Shown here piece after piece: positions 63,622 through 64,000 of a stretch of DNA of 64,000 nt (position 1 is the first letter of the stretch; each line of letters opens with the position of its first letter). Below the pieces are notes generated by a model that was not told the origin of the DNA, made no database searches, and saw only the letters and a list, made by a program, of their open reading frames with translations. The position numbers were made by a program, and so were the translations under genes. This stretch comes from an uncultured delta proteobacterium. GTDB lineage: Bacteria; Desulfobacterota; Binatia; Binatales; Binataceae. Location of the stretch: the NCBI GenBank assembly GCA_963743865.1, contig CAVURG010000006.1, forward strand, positions 2,689,638-2,753,637, given 5' to 3'.

Positions 63622-64000
63622 GCGCCTGTCTCCCCTGGAGTGTAGCGTCGATCAGACGGTCGTCGTTGATGTGCTGGATGGCGCTGATGTTCTCAATCTT
63701 GACCGAGAAATAGTTGTAGAAGATAACCGCGATGATCGCGACGGCGAGTCCGAGCGCGGTTGAAATCAAGGCTTCCGAAATACCAGCGGCGACGACCGAG
63801 AAACCGCCGGTGCCCATGATTGCCATCGATTGGAACGCCACGAGGATACCAACGACCGTGCCGAACAGCCCGATGAACGGCGCCGATGCGCCGGCGGTCG
63901 CGAGCACCCAGATGTAGCGCTTGAACTCGAGGCCTTCCTGGTAACGGCGCTCGTCGTCGAGCTCGAGCAGATGATCCCTGTCCATCGTCTGCGAACCCGC
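63611..64000 (-). CDS. exbB: MotA/TolQ/ExbB proton-channel protein (5' partial, runs off window)
   Basis: TM2/TM3 region LATAGASAPFIGLFGTVVGI; the ORF is open upstream to the window end. Confidence 0.7.
   Translation of the reverse strand, partial: AGSQTMDRDHLLELDDERRYQEGLEFKRYIWVLATAGASAPFIGLFGTVVGILVAFQSMAIMGTGGFSVVAAGISEALISTALGLAVAIIAVIFYNYFSVKIENISAIQHINDDRLIDATLQGRQARGN

Noticed and set aside
61381-63645. 754-aa ORF on the plus strand opposite the VWA and exbD genes
   Set aside because: It is antisense to clearly conserved genes (VWA MIDAS, ExbD), has a low-complexity Arg/Gly/Asp-rich composition typical of high-GC antisense frames, and matches no family.

Overview
This is a high-GC (about 65-70%) chromosomal window from a Gram-negative bacterium, very likely a metagenome- or long-read-derived contig. 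More than 20 conserved genes are broken by single-base frameshifts; at least one (lpxK) lies in an A-homopolymer, so I treat them as assembly indels rather than true pseudogenes. Gene content in order:
- 1-6 kb: an LPS/Kdo-lipid A locus (msbA, kdtA, lpxK, ycaR-like, a DUF2029 GT-C glycosyltransferase, a Kdo/WaaP-family kinase).
- 6-14 kb, minus strand: ridA, relA/spoT, gmk, yicC, then LPS-core GT4, GT2, a second WaaP-like kinase and a GT9 heptosyltransferase.
- 14.4-16.5 kb: a truncated nuoA-nuoC-nuoD cluster that lacks nuoB.
- 16.8-18.1 kb: a DUF1329-like secreted protein followed by a clean terminator.
- 18.3-20.2 kb: an AmgK/MurU-like peptidoglycan-recycling kinase/uridylyltransferase pair.
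- 20-26 kb: two CoA-transferase family III genes, a HAD hydrolase and an Slt lytic transglycosylase.
- 26.5-29.3 kb: maf-yggS-proC-yggT-yggU.
- 29.4 kb: an FmdB zinc-ribbon protein.
- 29.98-31.46 kb: a low-GC island of five tightly packed small genes (a secreted tandem-repeat protein, two paralogous two-Cys small proteins each followed by a small partner protein, one of them Cys-rich); this is my best candidate for an undescribed system.
- 31.8-36.3 kb: zinc alcohol dehydrogenase, hydantoinase hyuA/hyuB.
- 36.3-44.7 kb: NUDIX, a second GT2, a lipoprotein, an ArsB/NhaD permease, thiI, a NUDIX CoA pyrophosphatase and a TetR regulator plus a Cys-type sulfatase.
- 45.2-46.95 kb: a compact type II R-M operon (C protein, PD-ExK endonuclease, SPPY methyltransferase) bracketed by repeats.
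- 47.6-64 kb: rnhB, a zinc-ribbon/PH protein, an SLT-domain protein, an isolated LeuA-allosteric-domain-like protein, a DUF393 ORF reading in frame into cysS, a CbbQ/NorQ-like MoxR ATPase with a secreted NHL propeller, ltaE, an SDR, an APC permease, and exbB-exbD-exbD followed by a membrane VWA protein where TonB would be expected.
Five copies of a modular palindromic intergenic repeat family sit at island and operon boundaries. No rRNA, tRNA or CRISPR array was seen.
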